A stretch of 64,000 nucleotides of DNA. It comes from Polyangiales bacterium. GTDB taxonomy: Bacteria > Myxococcota_A > Polyangia > Polyangiales > Houyiibacteriaceae. The notes below the pieces were generated by a model. It saw only the letters and a program-made list of their open reading frames with translations, ran no database searches and was not told where the DNA came from. Shown one piece after another: positions 44,158-53,812 of this stretch (position 1 is the stretch's first letter; every line of letters starts with the position of its first letter). The stretch covers positions 1 to 64,000 of the forward strand of contig JBGCFM010000025.1 in assembly GCA_045106895.1 (NCBI GenBank), read 5' to 3'. Position numbers and translations under genes: made by a program.

Positions 44158-44805
44158 ATGCCGACGTCGTATGACGCCGTCCTCTACGACCTCGACGGAA
44201 CACTCCTCGATTCGTTTGGACTGATCCTCGAGAGCTTTCGCCACACGCGCCGTGTGCACTTTGGTGACGCGATCGACGATTCTATTTTCCGAAATGGAAT
44301 CGGGACCCCGCTGCGTGCGCAGCTTGGCACGATGGCTCGCAGCGATGCTGAGCTTGAGGCGATGGTCACGACGTATGTGACGCACAACCTAGAGCACCAC
44401 GACAGCCTCGTCGCCGCCTACGATGGCGCGGTGGAAAGTGTAGAAGCGTTTCGCGCCGCCGGCATCAAGCTCGCCCTCGTCACAAGCAAGATGCGACGAG
44501 GAGCCCAGATGGGCCTTCGTTTCCTGGGTCTCATGGACGCCTTCCAGGTGCAGGTCTGCGCCGACGATGTTGTCCGCGGGAAACCAGATCCCGAGCCCGT
44601 TCGTTTGGCGCTCAGTCAGCTTGGGGTCGCCCCAGAGCGCGCCGCCTTCGTCGGCGATTCACCACACGATATCTTGAGTGGCAATGCGGCGGGCGTGACC
44701 ACCGTGGCGGCTTCTTGGGGGCCTTTCCCAGAGCAGGCGCTGCGTGATTCTCAACCGAGTATCTTCGCCGCTTCTCCTATGGACGTCCTCGATAAACTGC
44801 GCTGA
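44158..44805 (+). CDS. HAD-IA hydrolase (PpaX/phosphoglycolate phosphatase-like)
   Basis: DLDGTLLDS, VTSK, KPDPEP and VGDSPHD. Confidence 0.93.
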   Translation: MPTSYDAVLYDLDGTLLDSFGLILESFRHTRRVHFGDAIDDSIFRNGIGTPLRAQLGTMARSDAELEAMVTTYVTHNLEHHDSLVAAYDGAVESVEAFRAAGIKLALVTSKMRRGAQMGLRFLGLMDAFQVQVCADDVVRGKPDPEPVRLALSQLGVAPERAAFVGDSPHDILSGNAAGVTTVAASWGPFPEQALRDSQPSIFAASPMDVLDKLR

Positions 44806-44868
44806 GCTATCTCCCGAGAGCTGGGTGATCGCTTGGGTCACTCGCCTAGTGCGGGATACACTCGCCAC

Positions 44869-46977
44869 GTGAAAGTTGGAGACAACATCGCGGGGTACGA
44901 CATCGTCCGAAAGATGAAGTCCGGCGGCATGGCGACGCTGTATCTTGGGCGTCGCTCGCGCGAGGGTGGATTCGAAAAGCAGGTGGCCATCAAAGTGGTC
45001 CATGAGCACCTGACGGAGAGCGACGAATTCACGCGTATGTTCCTCGATGAGGCGCGCATCTCCGCGAGCATTGAGCACCCCAATGTGGTTCACGTGCATG
45101 ACCTAGGGACGACGGAAGCGGGGCGGAATTTCCTGGTGATGGAGTACGTGCCGGGCATATCCCTCTCGCAGCTCATGCGAGTGTTTCGCAAACAACGAAA
45201 AGGGCCGACTCCAGCCATGGCAACGTGGATCGCGATGCAGATCGCGGCGGGTCTGCACGCGGCGCACGAGCTGACGACGGACGACGGAACATGGCTGGGC
45301 GTGGTCCACCGTGACGTGAGCCCAAAGAACGTCATCGTTGCCGACAAGGGCTATGTGAAGCTCATCGATTTTGGCATCGCGAAGGCCGCCGACCGAATCC
45401 ACAAGACGAAGGCCTCACAGCTTAAGGGCACGTTTCGCTACATGTCGCCGGAGCAGGCCGCGGGCACCGTCCTCGACCGTCGCACGGACATCTACGCGCT
45501 TGGAATCATGCTGTGGGAGCTGCTCACGCAACGAAAGCTCTTTCACGCCGCCAACGACATCGCGCTTTTGGAAGCGGTGCGGAACCCACAGGTTGTTCCG
45601 CCCAGCACCATCGCGCCTGATATCCCACCTGACCTGGACGCCATCATTATGAAGGCCCTGGCGCGTGACCCCGCACAACGTCCCCCGACGATGGCTACGT
45701 TTCGAGCGGAGCTGTCGAAGGCGGTCCCTGATGCGCTCGCGCTGACACAGGACGACGTCGCAAAGTTCATTGAAGACGTCGCGAAGAGCCAGGCGGAGGA
45801 AGAGCCGTCGGTTCACTCCGCCATGGGCGCGCCGAAACGTGGAGACGCCACGACGGAGCGTTTTCGGCGCGCGGCTCCGGTTTCGGCGCCACCGGTTTGG
45901 GGAGCCCTGGATCGAGATGACGAGGAAGACGAGGCGACGAATATCCGCCTTGAAGATGACGACCTGCTGCCGGGCTCGGCATCCGCCGCCGCGAAACCTG
46001 TTCCTCCTGCTCCGAAGTTGATCGCGCAGGAACATGCTGAGACAAACGTCGCTCTCCCGCCGAAACCCGATGCTCTTCAGACAGAGCGCGCCAACTCCGC
46101 GAGCAAGCTCCCCGTCGAGTTCGACATGGTGGAAGCCGCCGACATCGAGGTCGACCTACCGCCGTCGCCATCCACATCCACATCCACATCGCCAGCGCAC
46201 CCATATCGGCAGGAACTACCAGCGGGCCCTTCCGTACTGGTCGAGGACAAGTTCTTCGAACGCCTCCCCTTCGCGTTCGTCGCCCCGCTGCTCGGAAAGG
46301 CGTGGGCGCTTCTACTCTTCAGCGCCCTTGTCCCCGCCTGTGCCGCCGTGCTCCTCACCCTCGACGTCGGCCTCGTCCTTCGCGTGAGTTTCGCCGTGCC
46401 GATGTTTCTCTTTTCGATCGGTCTGCTCACGGAGATCTTCTCCCGGCTTGCCCAAGAAGGCGCCGACAACGATGTCGGGGTACCTTCGCCGACACTCGGT
46501 GACACGGAACTCCAGACGGTGCTCGGCGCAGGGATGGCGACGCTCTTTATTGTCGCGCTGCTTTTTGTGTTCCCCGCGTACCTTTTCATCGCGCAGTACA
46601 TCGGCGTGGTGACCTTTACGGTGCTCTCTTTCTTGCCCTACGTCTATTGGCCGATGGCGTTTACGGTCCAGGGCATCACCGGGGATATCGTCGCTGGCCT
46701 CGATGTCGTCTTGGTGTTTCGCACGATGCTCAGAGCGCCGGTGAAGTACTTCGTCGTCGTCGCCCTTGGGTTCGGTCTGACCGTTGCTCTCTCCATCGCT
46801 GTCGGCGTCGTCAGCGGAATGCTCCTCGCAACTGTCGGCCCATCACGTTTCCTCGTGTTCGGACTCACGTTCGTATTCTTCGGCACAGTGACGTATCTCC
46901 AGGGCGTCATGGGCTACGCGATGGGTCGACTCGTCGCGACCGAAGACAAGTTGGCGGAGGCCCTCGTACGTCGTTAG
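44869..46977 (+). CDS. Ser/Thr protein kinase with C-terminal multi-TM domain
   Basis: SGGMA, VAIK, HRDVSPKN, DFG and YMSPEQ. Start moved to GTG 44869, which has TACACT 6 nt upstream. Confidence 0.95.
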   Translation: MKVGDNIAGYDIVRKMKSGGMATLYLGRRSREGGFEKQVAIKVVHEHLTESDEFTRMFLDEARISASIEHPNVVHVHDLGTTEAGRNFLVMEYVPGISLSQLMRVFRKQRKGPTPAMATWIAMQIAAGLHAAHELTTDDGTWLGVVHRDVSPKNVIVADKGYVKLIDFGIAKAADRIHKTKASQLKGTFRYMSPEQAAGTVLDRRTDIYALGIMLWELLTQRKLFHAANDIALLEAVRNPQVVPPSTIAPDIPPDLDAIIMKALARDPAQRPPTMATFRAELSKAVPDALALTQDDVAKFIEDVAKSQAEEEPSVHSAMGAPKRGDATTERFRRAAPVSAPPVWGALDRDDEEDEATNIRLEDDDLLPGSASAAAKPVPPAPKLIAQEHAETNVALPPKPDALQTERANSASKLPVEFDMVEAADIEVDLPPSPSTSTSTSPAHPYRQELPAGPSVLVEDKFFERLPFAFVAPLLGKAWALLLFSALVPACAAVLLTLDVGLVLRVSFAVPMFLFSIGLLTEIFSRLAQEGADNDVGVPSPTLGDTELQTVLGAGMATLFIVALLFVFPAYLFIAQYIGVVTFTVLSFLPYVYWPMAFTVQGITGDIVAGLDVVLVFRTMLRAPVKYFVVVALGFGLTVALSIAVGVVSGMLLATVGPSRFLVFGLTFVFFGTVTYLQGVMGYAMGRLVATEDKLAEALVRR

Positions 46978-47006
46978 TCCACGCGTCGCCCGTGCTACTA
47001 TCGACC

Positions 47007-47243
47007 ATGAAGTTCGTCCTTCTCGCGCTGGTCGGCGCCGCTGCGGTGTTCTTCCTAACACGTTCAGCGAAGAAACGAGGAGGAGGCCCTCAGCGTCTTT
47101 GGTCCAAGCTGCACAGCCTCACCCATGACCAGGCGCTGGCGGAGCGGCTCGTCGCGGGAGAGATGCGTCGAAACCCAGAGCTAAGCGAAGCCCAGTGCGT
47201 GAAGAGGGCCATCTCTCAGCTCCAACGTGATCGTGGGCGTTAG
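47007..47243 (+). CDS. Small single-TM hypothetical protein (78 aa)
   Basis: MKFVLLALVGAAAVFFL...AISQLQRDR, with TACTAT just upstream. Confidence 0.7.
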   Translation: MKFVLLALVGAAAVFFLTRSAKKRGGGPQRLWSKLHSLTHDQALAERLVAGEMRRNPELSEAQCVKRAISQLQRDRGR

Positions 47244-47331
47244 GTAGCGCGATTTGTCGTCGGACCACGAGCCGACGCGCGCTCGCGCACAGACGGCCAG
47301 AAGATGTGCGTTTACGTCGTGGTGACGACCG

Positions 47332-48291
47332 TTAGTCACGGAGAAGCGAGCCGAGGAGCGGCTCAAGGCGTGCGATCCGCTCTTCGGGGCAGGTGGCGCC
47401 GGTGGAACGAATGACGACGCGGGAGCCGTTCTCTTCGACGACACGTAGCGCTTCTCCTTCGGCAGCCACAGCCTCAGGCGCGCCTTCGGCTCTTTGTGCT
47501 TCGAAGCTCAGCGTGGAGTCCGCGCCTGCGTAGTTGACCTGGCATACGCCGTCCTCGTCCCGAACATCCGTCCGCCGATACAGCGGACCGCAGGCGGCTT
47601 GAACATCGGTCTGGGTGAGGAGGAATGCGTCGCATCCGAATGGTTCGGGCCGGACGGCCGCCGGGGCTTCGGCGACGCGATAATAGACCAACACGTCGTC
47701 GCGTCCCTCGGAGTCTTGCAGCGGGTTTGGGTCCAAGCGCATCTCCTCGCGAACACGTCCAATGAATGGGCAGTAGGTCTCCGAATGCAGTTCCTGCGTC
47801 TCTACCGGGAACGGCTTTCCCGCTGGGTGAAGGCAGCGACGGTGAACGACGAGGCATGCATTCACGCTGAGTCCCCCAAGCTCGATTTCATCGTCAACGG
47901 CGGCGTAGCTCGCTTCGCACTGCACGTCGCCGAGGGCATACTCCCAGGTGTGATCTCGCTCCAGGGGCGTCTCAAGAAGCCGGCCGACTTCCTCGCCGGT
48001 CACATCCAAAAACGCGATGGCTTCTTCGCTGACGCGTAGGCGGAGCGGCGCCGAGCGGTCATCGCCCGCGATGACGACCAAACCGTCTTCGTTTGACGTC
48101 ACCGTGCGAATCACTCGCTCATCGGCGTTGTGATATCGCCATCGGTCGCCGACGTGGACGGGGAAATACTCTAGGAGCGTCGCCGCACTGGCTTCTTCGC
48201 CGGGCTCGGGCTCTTCGCCTGGATCCGTTTGCGGCTCTGCTCCGCACTCGGAGCAGCCCATCAGGACAGCGAGGAGCCAAGCCGTTCTCAC
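47332..48291 (-). CDS. Hypothetical lipoprotein
   Basis: Lipobox LMGC, YFPVHVGDRWRY and YCPFIGRV. Overlaps the topA stop. Confidence 0.75.
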   Translation of the reverse strand: MRTAWLLAVLMGCSECGAEPQTDPGEEPEPGEEASAATLLEYFPVHVGDRWRYHNADERVIRTVTSNEDGLVVIAGDDRSAPLRLRVSEEAIAFLDVTGEEVGRLLETPLERDHTWEYALGDVQCEASYAAVDDEIELGGLSVNACLVVHRRCLHPAGKPFPVETQELHSETYCPFIGRVREEMRLDPNPLQDSEGRDDVLVYYRVAEAPAAVRPEPFGCDAFLLTQTDVQAACGPLYRRTDVRDEDGVCQVNYAGADSTLSFEAQRAEGAPEAVAAEGEALRVVEENGSRVVIRSTGATCPEERIARLEPLLGSLLRD

Positions 48292-51110
48292 GCGTCGGCC
48301 TTGGTGGCCTTCTTGGTCGTCTTCTTAGCGGCCTTCTTGGCCGTCTTCTTCGCGGCCTTTTTGGTCGTCTTCTTCGCGGCCTTTTTGGTCGTCTTCTTGG
48401 CGGCCTTCTTGGTCGTCTTCTTAGCGGCCTTCTTGGTCGCCTTCTTCTTGGCGGCCTTCTTGGTCGCCTTCTTCTTGGCGGCCTTCTTCTTCGGCGCCTT
48501 CTTCTTTCGCGTGCTGGGTCCCTTGTCGCGGCGAAGCTGGAGGAGCTCCTGCGCGCGTTCCGGCGTGATCGACTCAAGGTGGTCGCCGGTTCGGAGCGAC
48601 GCGTTGGTCTCGCCGTCGGTCACATAGAGGCCCCAGTTGCCTTCCTTCAAGATGATTGGCTTCTCAGAGACCGGATCGATACCGAGCTCTTTGAGGGGGG
48701 GCTTCGCTTTTCGCTGTCGGCCCTTTTTGGGTTCGGCGAAGAGCTTCATGGCCTGCTCGACGGTGACCGTGAAGATGTGTTCTTCGGCTTCGAGGCTGCG
48801 GTTGTCTTTGCCCTTGGTGATGTAGGCGCCGTAGCGACCGTTGAGCGCCTGGATCTCTTCGCCGTCCGGCGCGTTGCCGACGACTCGGGGCAGCGAGAGG
48901 ACGCTCAGAGCGTCTTCGAGGGTGAGCGTCGCCGGATCCATCGACTTCAGGAGCGACGCGGTGACGGGCTTCTCTTTGCTGCCCTTCTCGATCTCGCCGA
49001 TCTGTACGTAGTTGCCGAAGCGTCCGGCCTTCAAGAACACCGTCTCACCGGTTTCGGGATCGGTGCCAAGCTCGCGGTCGCCCTTCGGCGCCTCGAGGAG
49101 GGCGATGGCCTTCTCCAAGGTGAGCTCGTCCGGTGGAAGGTCGTCCGGCACGCTCGCGGTGACCTCATCGCCTTCAAGCGTGAGGTAAGGGCCGTAGTTG
49201 CCCATGCGGAGTCGAACGGCTTGCCCGGCTTCGTTCGTTCCGATCTCGAAGGTCTCAAGACGCCGAAGCTCGGCGAGCCCGTCTTCTTTGCCAGGACTCA
49301 GCTGGTCCATCTTGCGCGTGACGAGATCCTCAAGCCCCTCTTGGCCTTCGTCGCCAAAGAAGAACTTCTTCAGCCACTCGCCGCGACCGGCGTCGCCGGC
49401 TGCGATGGCATCGAGGTCGTCCTCCATGCGCGCCGTGAAGTCATAGTCGACGAGATGCCCGAAGTGGTCTTCGAGCATGCGGATCACCTGGAATGCTTTC
49501 CAGGTCGGGACCATCGCCGACCCCTTTTTCCACACGTAGCCGCGCTCTTGGATCACGTTGATGATCGACGCGTAGGTGGAAGGTCGTCCAATGCCGCGCT
49601 CTTCGAGCCACTTCACCAAGGACGCTTCTGTGTAGCGCGCGGGCGGCTGTGTCTCGTGGCCCTTCGGCGTGATTTCCTTCGCCCCGACCTTCTGTCCCTC
49701 GGTCAGGTTCGGAAGATGAGCCTCCTTCTTGCCGGCGTTCTCATCGTCGGCTTCGTCGGCTTCGACGTAGGCCTTCAGGAAACCAGGGAAGGTGATGGTG
49801 GTGCCGCTGACGCTAAACTCAGCGGCGGTCTTGTCCGCTGTCTCCGTTCCCATACGAAGAGTAATGGTGTGGCCGCGGGCGCTCTCCATCTGCGAGGCGA
49901 TGGTGCGCTTCCAGATGAGCTCGTAGACTTTGCGCGCGTCGGGGAAGCTGACGAGCTCGGCGACTTCCGCGGGTGTCTTGAACGTGTCGCCGGCGGGCCG
50001 GATGGCCTCATGTGCTTCCTGCGCGTTCTTGACCTTGCGCGTGTACTGACGTGGCTCCTTTGGGAGGTCCTCGGCGGTGTACAGCTCAGCGATTTGTTTT
50101 CGCGCGGCGTCCAGGGCGGTCTTCGAGAGCGTCGTGGAGTCCGTACGCATGTACGTGATGTGACCGTTCTCGTAGAGAAGCTGCGCGGCGCGCATGGTGC
50201 GGCTTGAGCTGAAGCGAAGCTTCTTTCCAGCTTCCTGCTGCAGCGTCGAGGTCATGAAGGGGGGCGCTGGGTTGCGCTTGTAGGGCTTGCGCTCGACGGG
50301 GCCGACCTCGAAGCTACATGCGCTGAGGTCGCCGGCGAGTTTCGTGGCCGCCGCTTCGTCGAGGGGATGAACTTCGTCGCTCTTGAGCTTGCCGAGGCTG
50401 TCGAAGTCACGCCCCGAAGCGACTCGTTTCCCGTCCACGCGAACAAGGCTCGCCTCGAATGGGGCGCCGTCGGTCGTCTCGAAGAGACCGTCGAGGTCCC
50501 AGTAAGAAGCACGCTTGTACGCGAGGCGCTCACGCTCGCGCTCCACCACCACGCGCGTCGCCACGGATTGGACGCGGCCAGCGGAGCGTGAGCGGGCTCG
50601 CTGGCGAACCACCATCGTCATCGCGAAGCCATAGAGGCGGTCGAGAATACGTCGCGCTTCCTGCGCATCGACGAGATGCTGGTCAAGCTCGCGTGGGGCG
50701 TTGACGGCGCTCTGAATCGCCTTCTTTGTGATCTCGTGGAAGACCATGCGCCGGACAGGAACCTTCGGCTTCAGCACCTCCAAGAGATGCCACGCGATGG
50801 ATTCTCCTTCGCGGTCTTCATCTGTTGCGAGTAGGAGTTCGTCCGCCGCCTTCAGCTGTTTACGCAGCTCCGCGATATGCGACTTGCGTCCGTCGGAGAC
50901 CAAGTAGATCGGGTTGAAGTTGTCGTTTACATCGACGGCGTACGCGTTGACGTACTCGTCTGCTTTGCGACGCGCTTTGTCCAGCTGCTTTGGAACCGCG
51001 AGGTCACGGATGTGCCCGATAGACGACTCAACAGTGTAGTCATCCCCCAGGTACTTCTGGATGGTCTTGGCTTTCGCTGGGGATTCGACGATGACGAGAG
51101 AGCGGGACAA
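48288..51110 (-). CDS. topA: DNA topoisomerase I with Lys/Ala-rich C-terminal tail
   Basis: LVIVESPAKAKTI, DEDREGE, SAGRVQS, ITYMRTDS and Toprim C-terminal repeats (GRFG/GRYG). Confidence 0.98.
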   Translation of the reverse strand: MSRSLVIVESPAKAKTIQKYLGDDYTVESSIGHIRDLAVPKQLDKARRKADEYVNAYAVDVNDNFNPIYLVSDGRKSHIAELRKQLKAADELLLATDEDREGESIAWHLLEVLKPKVPVRRMVFHEITKKAIQSAVNAPRELDQHLVDAQEARRILDRLYGFAMTMVVRQRARSRSAGRVQSVATRVVVERERERLAYKRASYWDLDGLFETTDGAPFEASLVRVDGKRVASGRDFDSLGKLKSDEVHPLDEAAATKLAGDLSACSFEVGPVERKPYKRNPAPPFMTSTLQQEAGKKLRFSSSRTMRAAQLLYENGHITYMRTDSTTLSKTALDAARKQIAELYTAEDLPKEPRQYTRKVKNAQEAHEAIRPAGDTFKTPAEVAELVSFPDARKVYELIWKRTIASQMESARGHTITLRMGTETADKTAAEFSVSGTTITFPGFLKAYVEADEADDENAGKKEAHLPNLTEGQKVGAKEITPKGHETQPPARYTEASLVKWLEERGIGRPSTYASIINVIQERGYVWKKGSAMVPTWKAFQVIRMLEDHFGHLVDYDFTARMEDDLDAIAAGDAGRGEWLKKFFFGDEGQEGLEDLVTRKMDQLSPGKEDGLAELRRLETFEIGTNEAGQAVRLRMGNYGPYLTLEGDEVTASVPDDLPPDELTLEKAIALLEAPKGDRELGTDPETGETVFLKAGRFGNYVQIGEIEKGSKEKPVTASLLKSMDPATLTLEDALSVLSLPRVVGNAPDGEEIQALNGRYGAYITKGKDNRSLEAEEHIFTVTVEQAMKLFAEPKKGRQRKAKPPLKELGIDPVSEKPIILKEGNWGLYVTDGETNASLRTGDHLESITPERAQELLQLRRDKGPSTRKKKAPKKKAAKKKATKKAAKKKATKKAAKKTTKKAAKKTTKKAAKKTTKKAAKKTAKKAAKKTTKKATKADA
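48297..48503 (-). repeat. Tandem repeats encoding KKAA/KKTT histone H1-like tail
   Basis: Roughly 24-27 bp units such as ggccttcttggtcgtcttcttagc. Confidence 0.9.
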
Positions 51111-51171
51111 AGCAGAGGCCTAGGAAAAAGGAAGAGTAGGAAAACCCAGAAATCGGTTCGCTGATGCGAAA

Positions 51172-51198
51172 GCGCCCCGTCGCCGGAGCAACGGGGCG
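51172..51198. terminator. GC hairpin between the zinc-ribbon gene and topA
   Basis: cgccccgtcgc...gcaacggggcg, followed on the minus strand by a short T run. Confidence 0.55.
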
Positions 51199-51250
51199 AA
51201 AGGGCGGTCACGAGGACCCAGAAATAAGGCCCATCGCCGCGGAAGCGCTG

Positions 51251-51559
51251 TCAGTCGGCGGTGACGCCTTCGAGATTCAAGCCGTTGACGGGCTCGTCTG
51301 CGTACATGCCGACGCCGGCCGCTTCGTCCGCTGCGCGCTGTGCTTCGTGCGTGTGAGCGCACTTCGGGCAAGCGAGAGCTTCCTTGGCGATCTCGTATCC
51401 GGCACCGCCTGGATCGTCGAAATGCTTGTTCTTCCGGCCCACGCGAAGCTTGTTGGCCTTCGGACGGCTCGGGTACTCAGTAGGTCGCGACTCAGTCGTG
51501 ACGCGGACCGAGCGGCTCTTGGGGGGTTGAACAGTGTTGCAGAGCTCACAGCGATACAT
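51251..51559 (-). CDS. Small putative zinc-ribbon protein
   Basis: MYRCELC ... GYEIAKEALACPKC (two CxxC). Confidence 0.75.
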   Translation of the reverse strand: MYRCELCNTVQPPKSRSVRVTTESRPTEYPSRPKANKLRVGRKNKHFDDPGGAGYEIAKEALACPKCAHTHEAQRAADEAAGVGMYADEPVNGLNLEGVTAD

Positions 51560-51668
51560 AAGACGCAGGTTCCTATCGGGAAAAGAAGACAGCCCACATA
51601 ACGCCAGATCTCGAAGCTGGCAATTCGCTTTGGCTTCAAGGAAGCCCCTTCAAAGCCATTGTTTGTTC

Positions 51669-51681
51669 TAAGTTGTTGATA
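51669..51681 (-). promoter_or_regulatory. IHF-like site
   Basis: TATCAACAACTTA matches WATCAANNNNTTR in an AT-rich patch. Confidence 0.35.
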
Positions 51682-51694
51682 ATAAAGGGGAAAC

Positions 51695-51726
51695 AAAAAA
51701 GGAGGGAAAGCTCACGCTCCCCCTCC
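51695..51726 (-). terminator. Intrinsic terminator
   Basis: Minus strand ggagggggagc-gtga-gctttccctcc followed by TTTTTT. Confidence 0.8.
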
Positions 51727-51759
51727 CTGGCGGCCACTTGGGCCGTAGCCCCCAGATCC

Positions 51760-53661
51760 TTAGAACTCGATCATAGGAGTCTCGTAGGCCAAGGAGTAGC
51801 TCATTCCGGAGCCTCCAACGCCGCGGGAGTCGATGTAGACGCCGTGAACACCACGGCCTGCGGTGTGGCCTAGGATACGCGAACCGAAGCGAGGTCCGCC
51901 TCCATTCGGCTGGCATGCGGCACTGCCGTCGTCATCGTCGCAGGCGGTTTCCATTCCGTCTTGGCCCGAGCGAACGTAGACGACCGGGTCGTACTCGCTC
52001 ATGCCGCGCTCCCACGAGCCGCCGTCTTCCGGGCAAACACTGAAGGTGCGCTCGGCGGTCTCACCACACGAGACGAACCAGCGAATGTCCTCGCCGCTGT
52101 TGCTGGTGGCGACGCCGCCACAGCTTGCGATTTGGCCGCTGTCTCCGATGAGCGAGGTCGTCGGCGTGGCGCCCATGCCATCGAGTCGCTGCGTATAGAG
52201 GTACGAGTCACCTTCAGCGATGGCTTGGAGGTGAAGGGTGAAGTTACCCGTGGCGGTCACGCTGTAGCCACCGACGGAAATAAAGTACGTGCCCGCGCTC
52301 AAGCGCTTGGCCATGCACGACTCAAGGATGCCAACTTCGGAGCCTGCGCTCAGACCACAAGGGCAGTCGTCGTTGCACATCTCGAAGACGGGCGCGCCCG
52401 TCGAGTCCGTGAGGTAGATGGCGGTGTCGTAGTCGGAGTCGGCGGTATCCACCCAAACGACGGACTGGTCGGTGAGCGTAAATGTGTACCAGACGTTCGG
52501 ACCGTTGGCGTTGCAGCTCACCATGTCGACGTCCGCCGTTGCGCCCTCCGTCGAGCCGGTCACCGTCGTCTCGGCGTTGCCCACGGCGATGGTCTCCGCG
52601 TCGGCGCGAAGGTCGTTGGAAGGACGACACACGCCCATGTTGCAGCTGCCGCCACCACAGGAGATATCGCAACCGCCGCAGTGCATCGCGGACGTGTTCT
52701 GGTCGACGCAACTACCGCCACAGTCGGTCTCCCCGGAAGGACATCCGCCGCTGTTTTCACAGGTTCCGCCGACGCACGTCTGGGAAGCGCTGCAGGTTTC
52801 TCCGCAGGTGCCACAGTGGTTCACGTCGGTTTGCACGTTGACGCAGTTCCCGCCGCACTCTTCGGTTCCAGTCGGGCATGTGCACCGGCCGGCTTCGCAG
52901 GTCGAGCCCACGTCGCAGGGAAGTCCGCAGGCTCCGCAGTTCGCCGGGTCGGTCAGGACGTCCGTACAGGTGGCGCCGCATTCGGTTTCGCCGGCTTCGC
53001 AGCCACAGCTGCCTTCGCTGCATCCGACACCGGCATCGCACGCGTTGCCGCAGGCGCCGCAGTGCGCAGCGTCCGACTGTGTATCGATGCAGGTGGCTTC
53101 GCCATCAACGTCGCAGGTGGCGCGCTCTCCGCAGGACGAAGCGCACGCGCCATCGACGCAGCTCTGACCGTCCGCGCATTCGTTGTCGCAGTCCCCGCAG
53201 TTGCCGGAGTCCGACTGAAGATTTGTGCACGTGTCGTTGCATCGGTCCGGAGTCTCGCCAGCGCATTCCGCTGGCGTGCAGCCGCCGCGGACACATGTGT
53301 CGCCGTCTGCGCAGCTCTCGCCACATCGTCCGCAGTGCTCGGTGCTGGTGCTCGTGTCGACACACCCACCGCAGTCTGTTTGGCCACCAGGGCAATCCGA
53401 GGAAGTCCGGCATGTTCCGCTGTCACAGACCTCCGCGGCACCACACTCGGTGCCGCAGCTCCCGCAGTGCAGGACGTTGGAGCTTATCGTGACGCAGATT
53501 CCGTCGCAGTCGACTTGGCCGCGACGACACTCACGTGGGCCGCCGCCCGTATCGCGCGGCGTTGCGCCGTCAGACATGCCGGCGTCGTCACGCGGAGGTG
53601 GCGTGTCTGGATCGCACGCGACGAGGGCCATTGAGACCGCAAGGAAAGCAAAGTACTTCAT
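51760..53661 (-). CDS. Cys-rich repeat lipoprotein (Stig1/MXAN_6577-like repeats) with C-terminal PPC-like beta domains
   Basis: Lipobox LVAC, seven CxD/Nxx(S/T)DxxHCGxCGxxC repeats, NVWYTF, YDTAIY and AGTYFISV. Confidence 0.85.
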   Translation of the reverse strand: MKYFAFLAVSMALVACDPDTPPPRDDAGMSDGATPRDTGGGPRECRRGQVDCDGICVTISSNVLHCGSCGTECGAAEVCDSGTCRTSSDCPGGQTDCGGCVDTSTSTEHCGRCGESCADGDTCVRGGCTPAECAGETPDRCNDTCTNLQSDSGNCGDCDNECADGQSCVDGACASSCGERATCDVDGEATCIDTQSDAAHCGACGNACDAGVGCSEGSCGCEAGETECGATCTDVLTDPANCGACGLPCDVGSTCEAGRCTCPTGTEECGGNCVNVQTDVNHCGTCGETCSASQTCVGGTCENSGGCPSGETDCGGSCVDQNTSAMHCGGCDISCGGGSCNMGVCRPSNDLRADAETIAVGNAETTVTGSTEGATADVDMVSCNANGPNVWYTFTLTDQSVVWVDTADSDYDTAIYLTDSTGAPVFEMCNDDCPCGLSAGSEVGILESCMAKRLSAGTYFISVGGYSVTATGNFTLHLQAIAEGDSYLYTQRLDGMGATPTTSLIGDSGQIASCGGVATSNSGEDIRWFVSCGETAERTFSVCPEDGGSWERGMSEYDPVVYVRSGQDGMETACDDDDGSAACQPNGGGPRFGSRILGHTAGRGVHGVYIDSRGVGGSGMSYSLAYETPMIEF

Positions 53662-53777
53662 GAAAGCCAGGTTAGCGCTTCCGCGGGCAAAGGCGAAGTA
53701 GTGCCCGAGGCCTTACCGGTCTGGGGGAGACGCACGCTGGAACGCACTCGACCTACGATCGATTTATTTCGATCCGC

Positions 53778-53804
53778 TAAAGGTGAGACCATCCCGACCG
53801 TTTC
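53778..53804 (+). promoter_or_regulatory. Sigma28-like promoter
   Basis: TAAA(GG)-N15-ACCGTTTC, 8 nt before ATG 53813, the same geometry as at 30256. Confidence 0.55.
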
Positions 53805-53812
53805 TCGTTCTT

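Noticed and set aside
48297..48503. Repeat array considered as CRISPR
   Set aside because: There are no unique spacers or cas genes. It is an in-frame coding repeat.
48093..50207. 704-aa plus-strand ORF with LLGRLL repeats
   Set aside because: It is antisense to topA, and the repeats mirror the Lys-rich tail.
51961..53634. 557-aa Ala-rich plus-strand ORF
   Set aside because: It is the antisense shadow of the Cys-rich repeat lipoprotein.
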